From: Dendrobates tinctorius
Lineage: Eukaryota
Assembly: GCF_039654945.1 (NCBI RefSeq)
Contig: NW_027361676.1
Span: 45,570,001 to 45,634,000, forward strand
Length of the DNA stretch: 64,000 nucleotides
Direction: 5' to 3'
A model generated the notes under the pieces. The model saw only the letters and a program-made list of their open reading frames with translations. It had not been told where the DNA came from and ran no database searches. Positions 12,379-23,843 of this stretch are shown here, piece after piece. The first letter of the stretch is position 1; every line of letters starts with the position of its first letter. The translations under genes were made by a program, and so were the position numbers.

Positions 12379-13590
12379 CCCCTTTCCTACAATGGACGTA
12401 ATATTCCGTCCATGTGACCTGGGACCTAAGTCCCATGGACGGAATATTACGTCATGCCCTTTAATGCGACATTGCGACTTAAGTCGCGGTGATCCCATTA
12501 AAATGCCGACGCCATCTTACCTCAGGATAGATGGCCTCGGCATCCTGGTAGTCTCCGCCCTGGTCTGCCCCTCTGTGAGCTGTGATTGGCTGTTCAATTC
12601 AGAACAGCCAATCACAGCGCTTCTCTTTGTTTCAGCCAATCAGATTGGCCGAAACAACAGGATCCTAGGCTAGGATCTTGTACCGATGTACTCGATCCTA
12701 GGACCAGTGCCTGGCAATGCCAGACACTGGAGAAAAGCCCCCTGATTGGTGCGATCGCCGATCTAATCGATTGCGCCTATCGCAGCGCACAGCGGCTCAA
12801 TATCGCTGCTGTACCCTGCCGGTACCGGCCCGGATCGGTGCTGTAATAGCACCGATCCTAGGCCGGAGCCTAGGACAGGCCCAGCAGAGCCTGCAGAAAG
12901 TGGTTGGCATGATCGATTAGATCGGCGATTGCGCCAGCCACAGGGCACAGCTGCGGTCATGCTGTGACCGCTCTTCGCCCTGCTGATGACCTGGCCATGA
13001 CCTGCCTAGGAATCGGAGCTGTTAGCTCTGATCCTAGGCAGTTACCATGGTCACCAGGCAGAGCAGGGATTGGTGGGATCAATGTAATCATTCGATCCCA
13101 CCAATGACAGGTCACAGCAGCGATGTGACCGCTCTGTGACCTGCCCCTGACCTTCCTCTGACCTGTCTGACCTGTCTGCAGGGGTCCTCACTCTAGCTGA
13201 GTATTCCTGCAGAGAGGTTGGACCCAGCAAGAGCTCCTGTACTGGGTATTGTGATGCCACAGCTTGTAGCATCACAATCCCTGCAGAAGAAAGAACACTA
13301 CAACTGTAAGTTGATCCCTGATCCCCTGCCCAATCTATCTTCACCCCAATCTATTTTCATCCCCCATCCCCCCTCCACCCTCCTTTTACCCCCCTTCACC
13401 CCCCTCCACCCCCCCTTTTGAGCCGCCTCCGTGCGCAGCCGCCGAGCATTGATCGGTGACGCAGTTCACCGATCAACAGTCGTGCTCGCTTTTTTTCACT
13501 CAGCCTCCTTTGCGCCACCTCCTCCTACACATCCCGCAGCCCCAAAACTTTGATAAGTGACGCGCATCACTTATCAGAGCTGATAAATTT
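12379..13590 (+). mobile_element. Truncated non-autonomous piggyBac-like element
   Basis: Begins TTAA|CCCCTTTCC and has GC-rich nested palindromes (gacgtaatattccgtccatg / catggacggaatattacgtc). No right end found. Confidence 0.65.
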
Positions 13591-14148
13591 TTTTTCTTGT
13601 GTAGTTCTATGTTTATCTGTATGCACTAGGTGATCCCACTTTAATTAAAAAATTTGAAAAAATTAAAAAATTAAAAATTTAGGATGGTGCCCGTTTACCC
13701 CATTTCTTGCTAAAGACATCTTGCTCATAGCTCAATGTTATGCACACACCTTCTTCTGGTTTGTATAGAGGCTGACAGCTTATGCTTTGTATGTGAAATA
13801 CAATTTCACTTGCAGAGCAGATTGGCTTACTGCCTTACATTCTTCTAATGTGACAAATCCTCTTGGAGAATGCAATAAAGTAACCGCCATTAAGGAATGT
13901 CACATTGATGATATTGTGAGATGTGGCATAATGTATGGTAGCCAGTCCCCTCTATTTGTAATTCCATATACACTAAAAGCTCGGCATTCCATTGATTTGG
14001 TTGTGAAAACAAGGGTTCAGGGTTCAATCATTTCTCTAAAGTGACACAGGAACTGTTTTGAAAATAAAAATGCAAGATGCATGTTGCTCATACTGCTATT
14101 AACAACCTGCTTGGCCTAAATTTACTATTTTGTCCTGCAGAATCCCTG

Positions 14149-15258
14149 TGTCATGATCCAACGTGGATCTGACAGTTTAAATGGATAAGTGAACTTTTTT
14201 TCCTTTGACTAGGTGCCAAAGTGATGTGATTGCCCCCTGTGGCCATTAAAATTATTGTCGTTCATTCTAAGTTGCCCCGGTGGTGGTGAGTGGTAGTGTA
14301 CTTTAGTTTCTTTGGTTTAGTGCACGTAATTATAATTCAGGTGTGAAGCTCTATAAAAGAGAGCCAGGTGTGTTCAATCACTGTTGGTGATATTGTGAGT
14401 TAGTCATTCTCAAGGAAGCCTTGGTGAAAGAAGGAGCTGAACATGAGTTCTGTGCAGCCCAGCCAGAGGGGACGAGTGGCAGCTATGTGGTCTGCAAGAA
14501 GGGCTGGCATGGCAATGTGGAGTCACAGTTTATGGTGTCGGCAGGAAGTGCTGGCATGGTTTGATGGAGTGGCGACGATGGTGAGAGTTGCACTCAACAT
14601 GCTGGACTTGGTTGCTGAGAGCTGGACTCAAGCATGCTTGACTTTTTGGGCAGGAGCTGAACTCATCTTTGGGACTCTGTTACTGGACAACTGCAGTTAT
14701 GGTGATGGATCCGGGTGGAGGAGAAGATGCACGCAGGTGGTGGGCTCTGTTGCTAGGAGCGTAGGCAACAGAGCAAAGCTAAGTGGTGTTCCCCCTGTAT
14801 TGTCATTTTCCCTCATGTGTGTTTAGTGCAGTGGTGGGATTAGTTTCCGCACCGACCAATTCCCTAGTGAGGGTTTAGGTTCAGGGCGAGCTAGGGTTTT
14901 TAGGTTCCTGTGCGTCGCCCGGTGTGGAACCAGCTTAGGGAACGTTAGGAGTGCAGGGACACTGGCTCAGGGGAGTACAGGAGGTCTCCACTTCCCTATT
15001 CTCTATTGCAGGGCCCACCATTGTTAATGTTACCCAGGTTCCCCCTTTATTATTTAAATTCGCCTTACTGGAGGCGGGGTTTTCAGACTACTGTATGTAT
15101 ACGTGTAATACCTAAATTCACCAGTTGGAGGCGGTGTATCCAGCTGCACGTCGTATTATTTAAATTCGCCAAACTGGAGGCGGTGTATCCAGGGTCACGT
15201 GTGTCATGTGGGTTCGCCTTGCGGTACTCACTGCGTCCAGACACACGTGACCGTGACA
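14149..15258 (+). mobile_element. Solo LTR (~1.1 kb)
   Basis: TGTCA...TGACA termini. TATAAAA at ~14352. Imperfect 5-bp flanks CCCTG/TTCTG. Three ~57-bp repeats containing taaattcrcc near the 3' end. Confidence 0.65.
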
Positions 15259-15602
15259 TTCTGTACTTCTCTACCTTTGAGCACATCTAGAATATTATTG
15301 GTCAGCAATTGTGAAAGGAGATACCAGCAGCGGATCTTGATGGTTTTCATGCCTAACTGCATTCTGCATGGCAGAGTATTTGTCAGATAGAAAATAATAT
15401 CCTCACTGATGGCATACCATTATGTGTAAGTGTGTGAATTCTGAACATAGCGCTTATACCTGATACTGAATGAGTCATGACATTTCTAAAAATTTGTTTC
15501 CATTTTTAAATTATTTGCATAACAAACTTTTTTTGATTTCCACAATTCTATAACTTTTCCACATTAGTTTTGCAATTTTAATGGCAAGACATTTATGTAT
15601 GC

Positions 15603-16320
15603 TGTATGAAAGCCAGATAGGACAGGGTTATATCCTTGCACTGCTGGTCTTAATTAGATGTATCTGACTTTGACTGAGCTTTGACTGAGAACAATGGCAT
15701 GTGTTCACTTAGAAGCTCTCAGACTGCTAGGGATGTTGAGCAGAATGGAGTGTGTTGAAGCTGGTGAATGACCAGCTAAAATGTGAGCTGCAGTTGGGAG
15801 AGAGAAAAGCCAGAGTTTCTCTCTGAATGGAGACTGCATGGGTCAGCTAGGAAAGCTGAGCAGTTTGTGTTGCAGCTATGTTTGAAAGCTGTTCAGTGTG
15901 TGATTTGTGCATGGAGTTGTACACTTATGTTTGGTGCTTGAAATTGCTAGAGCTCAGGCTGAAGGGGATACTGAGACTGATTGGACTGTGTCTCTTCTTT
16001 GTGTAAAGTTTGCTCCAGGAGAGTGGACCGTATGCATCCCCTTATTGTATCTGGGAGGAAGAAAAGACCTCTGGTGTCGGCAGTCTCAGCCTGAAGCTGA
16101 GAGGGATAGGACTATAATCTGTTTAGGTGAGCCCTCACTGACATATACATGCTTGATGAATGAACAGTTCATTTGTTATGATTCCTTTGTGCCCAATAAG
16201 TCTGTTTTGTTTAGAATCTCTGCAAATTTTAAGAAAGCAATAAAACTGCGTGTTTAGACCAAAGTGCATTGTCGGTGTGAACACTATCAAATGCCTACCT
16301 GAGAAAGTGAATCCCTGCAA
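15603..16320 (+). mobile_element. Probable degenerate LTR
   Basis: LTR-like composition with AATAAA at ~16239 followed by a U5-like segment. Termini are not resolved. Confidence 0.35.
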
Positions 16321-16349
16321 TTCAAAAAATACATATGCATTTCATTATA

Positions 16350-16855
16350 CAGCCCTGGCAAAAATTAAGAGACCAATTTCAAATGTTCAGTGTGCCTGAT
16401 TTTTTCTCTTTCTAGGCATATTTTTGAGTAAATGTAAATTGTTCTTATAGTCTTTAAACTTCTGACATGTCTCCGAATTTCCAAGCAATAAATTTTGTAT
16501 TTTTTTCTGACAAAGAAATATGGTGAAAATTAAAAAAAACAGTGCTTTCAGACCTCAAATAATGCAAAGAAAACAAGTTCATAATTATTTAGAAGCAACA
16601 ATACAAATGTTTTAACTCAGGAAGAGTTCTGAAATCAATATTTTGTGGAATATCCATGATTTTTAAAAACAGCTTTCATGCGTCCTGGCATGCTTGCCCC
16701 CAGTCTTTCACACTGCTTCAAGCGCAAAAATTTAAGTAAATATCCATCATCCTCTTGATTACATTCCAAAGGTTTTCAATGTGGTTCAGGTCTGGAAACT
16801 GGGCTGCCCTTGACAGGGTTTTGATGTGGTGGTCTCTTAATTTTTGCCAGAGATG
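16350..16855 (-). mobile_element. Internally deleted Tc1 element
   Basis: TA TSDs. TIR CAGCCCTGGCAAAAATTAAGAGACCA. Residual PDLNHIENLW on the minus strand. Confidence 0.85.
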
Positions 16856-17249
16856 TATATGTAAATACATTACAAGTATTGGTGTTATTATTTGAGAAGT
16901 CTTAGGATGTGTTATAAAACTCAAACTACACTGTTATCCATAGTATGTAGAGGTTAGCTGATAACGTCAAAATCTATTTGCACAGACTTTGTTTATAGTA
17001 TGCTACCACGGAGACAAGAGTCTCCTTGGTATCAGACATATGCATCTAATAAAGACTTATTACATTACTCCTTTCCTTTTCATTTTAGAGACACTGGAAT
17101 TATAAATATAAAAGTGGACATAGCGTTTTACTGCACAAGAAATATTGGCTGAATTTCAAAATTTTCTGTACATTATATTACCTAATGATGTTTCTTTTTC
17201 TTAGGATCCAAATTATTAATGCATGTTTAGTCAAAGCCTGGGCAAAAGG

Positions 17250-19840
17250 CATTTAGTATTGAGAGGATGGCTTTTATTTTGGGATAGACAAGCCACAGGC
17301 ACATATACACTGCATGAACAATGAAGCTTCTGCTCTAATAGTCATAGCATAATGCTAATGATCAGCAACTGCCCATGCAAGAATAGAGGATGGCCGATTA
17401 CAAAGGATGAGAAAAAGGGTAATTTCTGGGCATAGACTGGTATGTTCACAAAAATCTACTTTGAAAAGAGGTAGCTAAACCACACTTTCCAAACATTTTT
17501 TTGTGAAATCAGGTACTCTACAGGCACATGCAGCTAATTATTGCTTGATATTAAATATGGAAATAAATCAGAAAAGATGTTGGCAAAGGTTCCAAATTAC
17601 ATTTCCGAAATTGAAATTTTAAAGATCCGACGAGGAAGATCCTTTTGGACAAAAAAAATACAATTCTAAGGACTTCCATAACAACTGTATACAAATGAAT
17701 AGTATGACCATGGGAGCATTCTCTGAGTGAGTCATAGTAAGAAACGACCCAAACTCCATGAGGATGACAAATTGGAATTAAATGCTTCTATTACATTAGA
17801 GGAGCTCAAGTGCTATAGCAAAACACAGTGTAGAAGGTTCTAAGTCCTTATGGAGGAGATTGTTAACTCCTTAGTGACAGGAGCTTTTTTCAGTTCTGCG
17901 TTTTTTGTTATTCTTTCCCCTTATTCCCAGAGCCATAACTTTTTTTATTTTTCTGTCAATATGGCCATATCAGGGCTTATTTTTTGCAAGACAAGTTGTC
18001 CTTTTGAACGATACCATTGGTTATACCATGTCATGTAAGAGAAAACTGGAAAAAAAATTCCCAGTGCAGTGAAATTGCAAAAAAGTGCAATCTCACACTT
18101 GTTTTTTGTTTATCTATTTTGCTAGGTTCACTAAATGCTAAAACTGACCTGCCATTATGATTCTCCAGGTCATTACAAGTTCATAGAAACCAAACATGTC
18201 TAGGTTCTTTTTTATCTAGGTGGTGAAAAAAATTCCAAAGTTTGCTAAAACAAATTGCGCTATTTTCCGAGACCCACAGCGTCTCCATTTTTCATGATCT
18301 TGGATTGGGTGAGAGCTTATTTTTGTATGCCAAGCTGACGTTTTTAATGATGCCATTTTTGTGCAAGATACAATCTTTTGATCGCACGTTATTGCATTTT
18401 AATGCCATGTCACGGCGACCAAAAAAACATAATTCTGGTGTTTTGATTTTTGTTCTCGCTACACCATTTAGCGATCAGGTTAATCCTTTTTTCTATTGAT
18501 ATATCAGGGAATTCTCAACACGGTGATACCAAATATGTCTATGTTTGATTTTTTTATTGCTTTATTTTGAATGGGGCGAATGGGGGGTAATTAATTAGAC
18601 TCAAGTAATTTAGTCTTATTGATGGCTGCTTGGCAGTTTCTAATATCTCCGCACACATTTTGGATTTGGATGAGATTATGATGCAGCCGGTCTGTCATAA
18701 ATCACCAGACATAATGATACAGGAAAAGCTTTTAAAAATGTTCACTACTTGTGGTGGTTAAGTCGTATTATGTATGAAAACCCTACAGTGTTAAAAAAAG
18801 CAAAACAACACAACAAACAATATAATAAAGGTTATATTTTAACTAATTAATCCTACCCTGCTTTCATACATTCTATTCTGGATTGGTGGTCATAGGTTTT
18901 TGATTTTTGAAATGTATTATGACAGTAATGGATTTTGAAGGTCTCTTTTAAATTACATGAATGCATTGTATGCTCCACCTCAAGCCAGCATACATACATA
19001 TGTATTTATATCATGCCCTTTAGTCATACAAAAGGGGTCACAACAGAGATATTCTTTGTCTCCACTGCTATATATTCTGGCAATCAGACCTCAGCTGCGG
19101 GCTTTGACTAAGGCTTGCGGTAATAAATGCATTACATTAAGGAAATAAGGGTTTTTCTGATGATCTCATCTTTTTTCTGTCATGTCCACTAAGAACAATT
19201 CTTAGGACCTCATTCTGGCTTTAAAGTCAAAATTTCTAAAAGCAAAGGCCCAGATCTCTTTCTGTGTCTACACCCATGTGATTGGTCTGCTTCTTCTCTT
19301 ACAATACAAGTGATGTAGTCTTCTATGAAATATTTAGGCATTTTACTATTAATACGTCAAACCCATTTACATTCCAAACTACCTCTATTATCCATAAAAT
19401 AGCCTCTGATCCTAAAGATGGAACCACTTGACTATTTTTTGTGTGTGGGGGGGGCTAGATGTCACCTTGTAAAAATTATAAGCTTTTTATAACTTGTTTA
19501 TAATATACAAACTATCACTGTTATTCAAGCATCAAGATGTCAATTCAGTAAATGCTGCTTTTCTGTCTTCTATCTGGTGCACTGGAAGGCCTAGAAATTC
19601 ATCTACAGAATTCACTTGACTTTAAAATGAGGAATCAATCTATGAAAAATGTGTTGAGAAAAAACTTAGCAAGATTGTGTCTGCATGGCCTAAATTGGCT
19701 GAAAGGCAGCAAGTAAGACATTGAGAGAAATAATTTTTGGAAATCTCACGGAATTTGCAAGGTTAAACATTCCCATGACTCTAGGTACCTCATATTTCTT
19801 GGACATTATGAACTTATATAATTAATTGCAGTAAAATTGT
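17250..19840 (+). pseudogene. Decayed L1-like ORF2 (reverse transcriptase), fragmented
   Basis: KGSQQRYSLSPLLYILAI (RT motif GxRQGCPLSP, ~19030-19085), FSDDL (~19152) and KYLGI (~19328). The scaffold probably continues past the Harbinger insertion. Confidence 0.65.
17867..18590 (+). mobile_element. 5' part of non-autonomous piggyBac-like element
   Basis: Starts TTAA|CTCCTTAGTGAC and is T-rich. Partly similar to the reverse complement of the 3' end of 4039-7834 and to 1966-2460. Confidence 0.55.
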
Positions 19841-19880
19841 TTTAACTGTAACGACTCCACCACACAGTGTGTCTTAGGAT

Positions 19881-20100
19881 GCAGTGATTGGTTGACAGCT
19901 CAGTTGTCCAGTCTGGTGCAGGGTATGCTGATCTGTCTGTGCAGTGATTAACAGCTCAGACGTCCAGTCTGGTGCAGGGTATGCTGATCTGTCTGTGCAG
20001 TGATTGACAGCTCAGTCGTCCAGTCTGGTGCATGGGAATGCTGAGCTGTCTGTGTTTTTATTGGCAGCTTGGCAGTCCAATCTGAGACTGAGACATGCTG
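19881..20100 (+). repeat. ~60-bp minisatellite (3-4 copies) in a probable LTR fragment starting TGTAAC at ~19847
   Basis: Repeated acagctcag..gtccagtctggtgcagggtatgctgatctgtctgtg. Confidence 0.7.
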
Positions 20101-20656
20101 AAATCTCACCAGATGCTCTCTGTTCTCTTGATTGCTCAGCTATTTAACAAATTTTTTTAAACCAATCTGAATGGACACCCTTTATCTTTTCTTTCTTTAA
20201 AGCTAAAAGAGTGGACATTAGACAAAGAGATGAATGCTATTTTTCGATTCTAGGAAAGAAAGTTTACTTAGGCCTCTTTCACACATCAGGTTTTCGCCGT
20301 CAGGCGCGATCCGGCGCTTTTGACAGAAACCGGATCCGGCGAAATGCAATGCCGGATCCGGTTTCCCCCCCATTGACTTGCATTTGCGCCGGATCGCGCC
20401 GGATGGCCATGCGTTTCATCCGGTTTTCGCCGGATCCGGCAATGTGTCGCGATCCGGCGTCTGGAAAAAACGGCTACTGTAACGTTTTTTTCTCTCCGAC
20501 GAAAAAGCCGGACACGCCGGATCCGGCGCATCCGGCTTTTTCACACAATGAAAGCCTATGAGCGCCGCAATGCGCCTGATCCGGCGACAGCCGGATCCGG
20601 CGGCCGGATCCGGTTTCTTTGGTCTGAGCATGCTCAGTAGCTCTGCCCACAGGACA

Positions 20657-20666
20657 TATATAAAAG
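20657..20666 (+). promoter_or_regulatory. TATA box of the Harbinger Myb/MADF gene
   Basis: TATATAAAAG, ~30-40 bp upstream of ATG 20698. Confidence 0.55.
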
Positions 20667-20697
20667 CAAGACAATGGGACCCTCAGCCACACCCAAC

Positions 20698-23357
20698 ATG
20701 CCACCCAAGCCAAGAACCAGGAGCAGGAGAAGGCAGCAGACATCTGCAGCAGCAGCACCATCAGCACCACCCCAAATGGAGCAGCATGCTGAACAACGGG
20801 AGGGGAGTCCAGCAGCAGATGAGAGACGGTAATTATCAAATCCCCCATTCCTCCAAACTAGGGCTATGGAATATCAAGATATTCATTGGCCCTTTGTGTC
20901 TCTTTATTCAACAGCCGCCCAATAGATGCAGCAGCAGCAATGGCAGCAGCAGAAACACCACCCACAGCCATGGAGTCTGGCCATGAGGAAGACAGCACAT
21001 CTTCTGGGAGCCCTCCCTCGCATCGTCAGCGTTTGACGGTAAGTTTTTATTTCCAAAATCCATCATCTCTGTAATATATGTGTATTCATTGCCTTTTATT
21101 TCAAAACAGGAATCACAAGATGAAGAGGAGCTCCCAGAAGAAGGAAGGGGTGGACAGACACTTGGAGTGGGCTCACAATTGGTAAGTTTTTTGCATCAAA
21201 CGCAGAAACACAACATCACACTACACACAACACATAGAAAACAATGTTCTGCAGACCACACACAGCAAACAAATGCCTACATCCAAAGACATAACATTTT
21301 TTGTTTTCTTCTCTAGTCTTCCCAATCTGGTGCTCGGCCAAGAGGTCCTCGCAGTGCCTCCCAGGGTCGTCGGCGACAGCAACGCGGCGGTCACCAGCGT
21401 GTAAGTATAAATATTTTTGCTTTGTTTTTTTTGCACTTTTTATTTCATTTCTTTTGTGGAGGCTAATTATGTTATTTTTGTCTTTTTCTTTAACAGCCTT
21501 CACAGCGTGCTCCCGACTCTGACGGTGAGGATGGAGGGATTGATGTGGACCGCCTCATCGATCTCGTCAGAGAAAGGGAGCCGCTCTGGAATATGGCTGA
21601 CTGCCGCCACGCTGACCTGATCGTTACCCGACGACTCTGGGAGGAAATCTGTTCACTCCTTGTGGACCGCTGGGAGGACCTCGAAGCTCGGGCCCAGATT
21701 AAAGAGCGTAAGTATATACAGTACCGGTTGCTTGATTTAAACCAGTGTTTCCCGAACTCCAGTCCTCGTGGTCCCCATGGATCATGTGTTCAGGATTTCT
21801 ATTTACTTTGGAAATCCTGAAAACATGACCCCTGGGGACCATGAGGACTGGAGTTTGGGAAACACTGATGTTGTATACTAACCACTTTGTCCTTTCTCGT
21901 TTCAGGGGAGAGAATTGTGAAGCGGTGGCGGTCTGTGAGGGATCGTTTCAAGAAGGAGTTCAATAAAGAGATGCAGGCCCCGAGTGGATCTGGAGGACGC
22001 AGGAGCAAGTACAAGTACGCACGAGCCCTGTCGTTCCTCCGGGAGACAATGCTCACCAGAAGGTAAATATTACACACCACATGTGACAAAAAAATGTTTA
22101 GATGTAACTTTTTTTTTTCAGCCAGGGCCATACCATGTCACTATTTTAATTGTTTTTTTTTCTCTTTATTCCACAGCACGGTGAGCAGCACTCGGGAGCC
22201 TGCACGATTGGACCCTTCTGAGGCGATCCCTGAGGAGACCGGCACCGAGGGACACTTCGACCGCCCCGGTACATCTGCACCTTCCCAGCCTTCCCACACA
22301 TTCGACCCATCTGTCCCATCCACCAGCACAGGAGCATCGTGGCCGCCTACATTACATGAAGCTGCTGGTGAGGAGATCGCTTTCCCTTTACCCCACCCTT
22401 CTGCCCCTGCCACCTCTAGTACACCTGCGGGTACTGGGCGGCAGCGGCAGAGGGGTCAGGAAAAGACTTATGCACCAGAGTTCTTGCATCTGAATGCATC
22501 TTTCCAGAACTGTCTAAAAGTCTTGTCAGAGCAAATCTCCACAGGCTATCAGCAGATCAACTCCAGCATTCTGGAGGTGAAGACACTTCTGCAAACCATG
22601 CATTCAGAAGCAAGATCTTCGCCAAACCACACCTTTTTCAGGTCTGTTGTGGAGCGCATGGAAACGCTGTCTCCTGCCCAGCAGATGCATGTAATGCATT
22701 CATGCCACGCTGCTCTCCAGCAAGTTACCTCCCAACCTCCTCCTCCCACCACAGTAGTTCCTCCACCTGCACCCCCTCCAGCCACTTTCCATCCTCCCCT
22801 CCTATTACATCTACACCCCCTCCAGCCACTTTCCATCCTCCCCCTCCTATTACATACCATCCACCTCCCCAGCACCAGCAACCTCCCCAGCACCAGCAAC
22901 CTCCCCAGCACCAGCAACCTCCCCAGTACCAGCAACCTCCCCAGTACCAGCAACCTCCCCAGTACCTGCAAACTCCCCAGTACAGCAACCTCCCCAGTAC
23001 CAGACATCTCCCCACTTCCAGCAACCTGCCCCGTACCAGACATCTTCCCACTTCCAGCAACCTGCCCTGTACCAGACATCTCCCCACTTCCAGCAACCTG
23101 CCCCGTACCAAACTCCTTCCCCATACAACTTGCCATCAACATCATCTGCTCCTACAGTCCCTGCCCAACCCTCCACTCCACCACCCACCACCTCTTCTGC
23201 TTCCCACATGTCCACCCATTCTGTAGTTTTTTCCACACCTTCACCTCTAACTGTTCCTTCCCCACCACGATCCCAGTCCTCTCTCCACACTCCCAGTGTC
23301 GAAGTGTCCCGCAGCCCCTCCAGCAGTATTTCCACCACACACTACACAGATTTATAA
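20698..23357 (+). CDS. Harbinger Myb/SANT-like (MADF) DNA-binding protein, 7 exons, two 1-bp frameshifts in the last exon
   Basis: Phase-consistent GT-AG exons: 20698-20828, 20915-21038, 21110-21181, 21317-21400, 21497-21707, 21906-22062, 22177-23357. The MADF signature LIDLVREREPLW...LWEEI...KRWRSVRDRFKKE spans exons 5-6. AATAAA follows the stop. Confidence 0.85.
21743..21867. mobile_element. 125-bp palindromic hAT-like MITE in intron 5 of the Myb gene
   Basis: CAGTGTTTCCC...GGGAAACACTG, almost fully self-complementary. No TSD preserved. Confidence 0.7.
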
Positions 23358-23843
23358 TGTGTGTATTTAAATAAAAATGACCAGTTTTATGGTTTCAAAG
23401 CTTTATTAAACAAGTTTATTAAAATTTTAAAAACGTTTACTAAAAAAAACATTTTTCAATAAAAGTTAAATTATTTTACACTGGTTGTCTGTCGTTTCTT
23501 TCTGCGGCGAAAAAGGTTAAATACAGGGTATTTAAAAGGTGAAATGGTATTCAAAACTAGGTATATAACTGTGGGTAAATTTTAGCTTTTTGCCACAGTT
23601 GTGTTCCTGGTTGTGTTTGAAGCAAAGTATTTCACCTAAAAAGTTGTGTTTATTGTTGGTGATTTCCTAACAATGTACACAACTTTTGTTAAAAGGTGAA
23701 ATACTTTGCATAAAACACAACCAGGTACACACCTGTGGCCTAAAGCTAAAAATAGAGACCATGACAAGATAGCCAACTTTGGTTGGCAAAGGTATATACT
23801 GTTGGTACAGAAGGTACACAAGTTTGGTTAGGGCACAAATCTT

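Larger units (their letters stand above)
8899..15598 (-). mobile_element. Old Tc1/Tc3-like transposon split by nested insertions
   Basis: Minus strand encodes ILFIDE..FCL (~9420-9455) and HDNARP...LPWPAKSPDF (~9225-9330). Decayed TIRs cattaaaattgaaacacc (~8911) and gttttgcaattttaatg (~15567). Confidence 0.6.

Noticed and set aside
22094-23374. Stand-alone 426-aa ORF
   Set aside because: Its start lies in an intron. It is exon 7 of the Myb gene, and its 3' half is probably out of frame.
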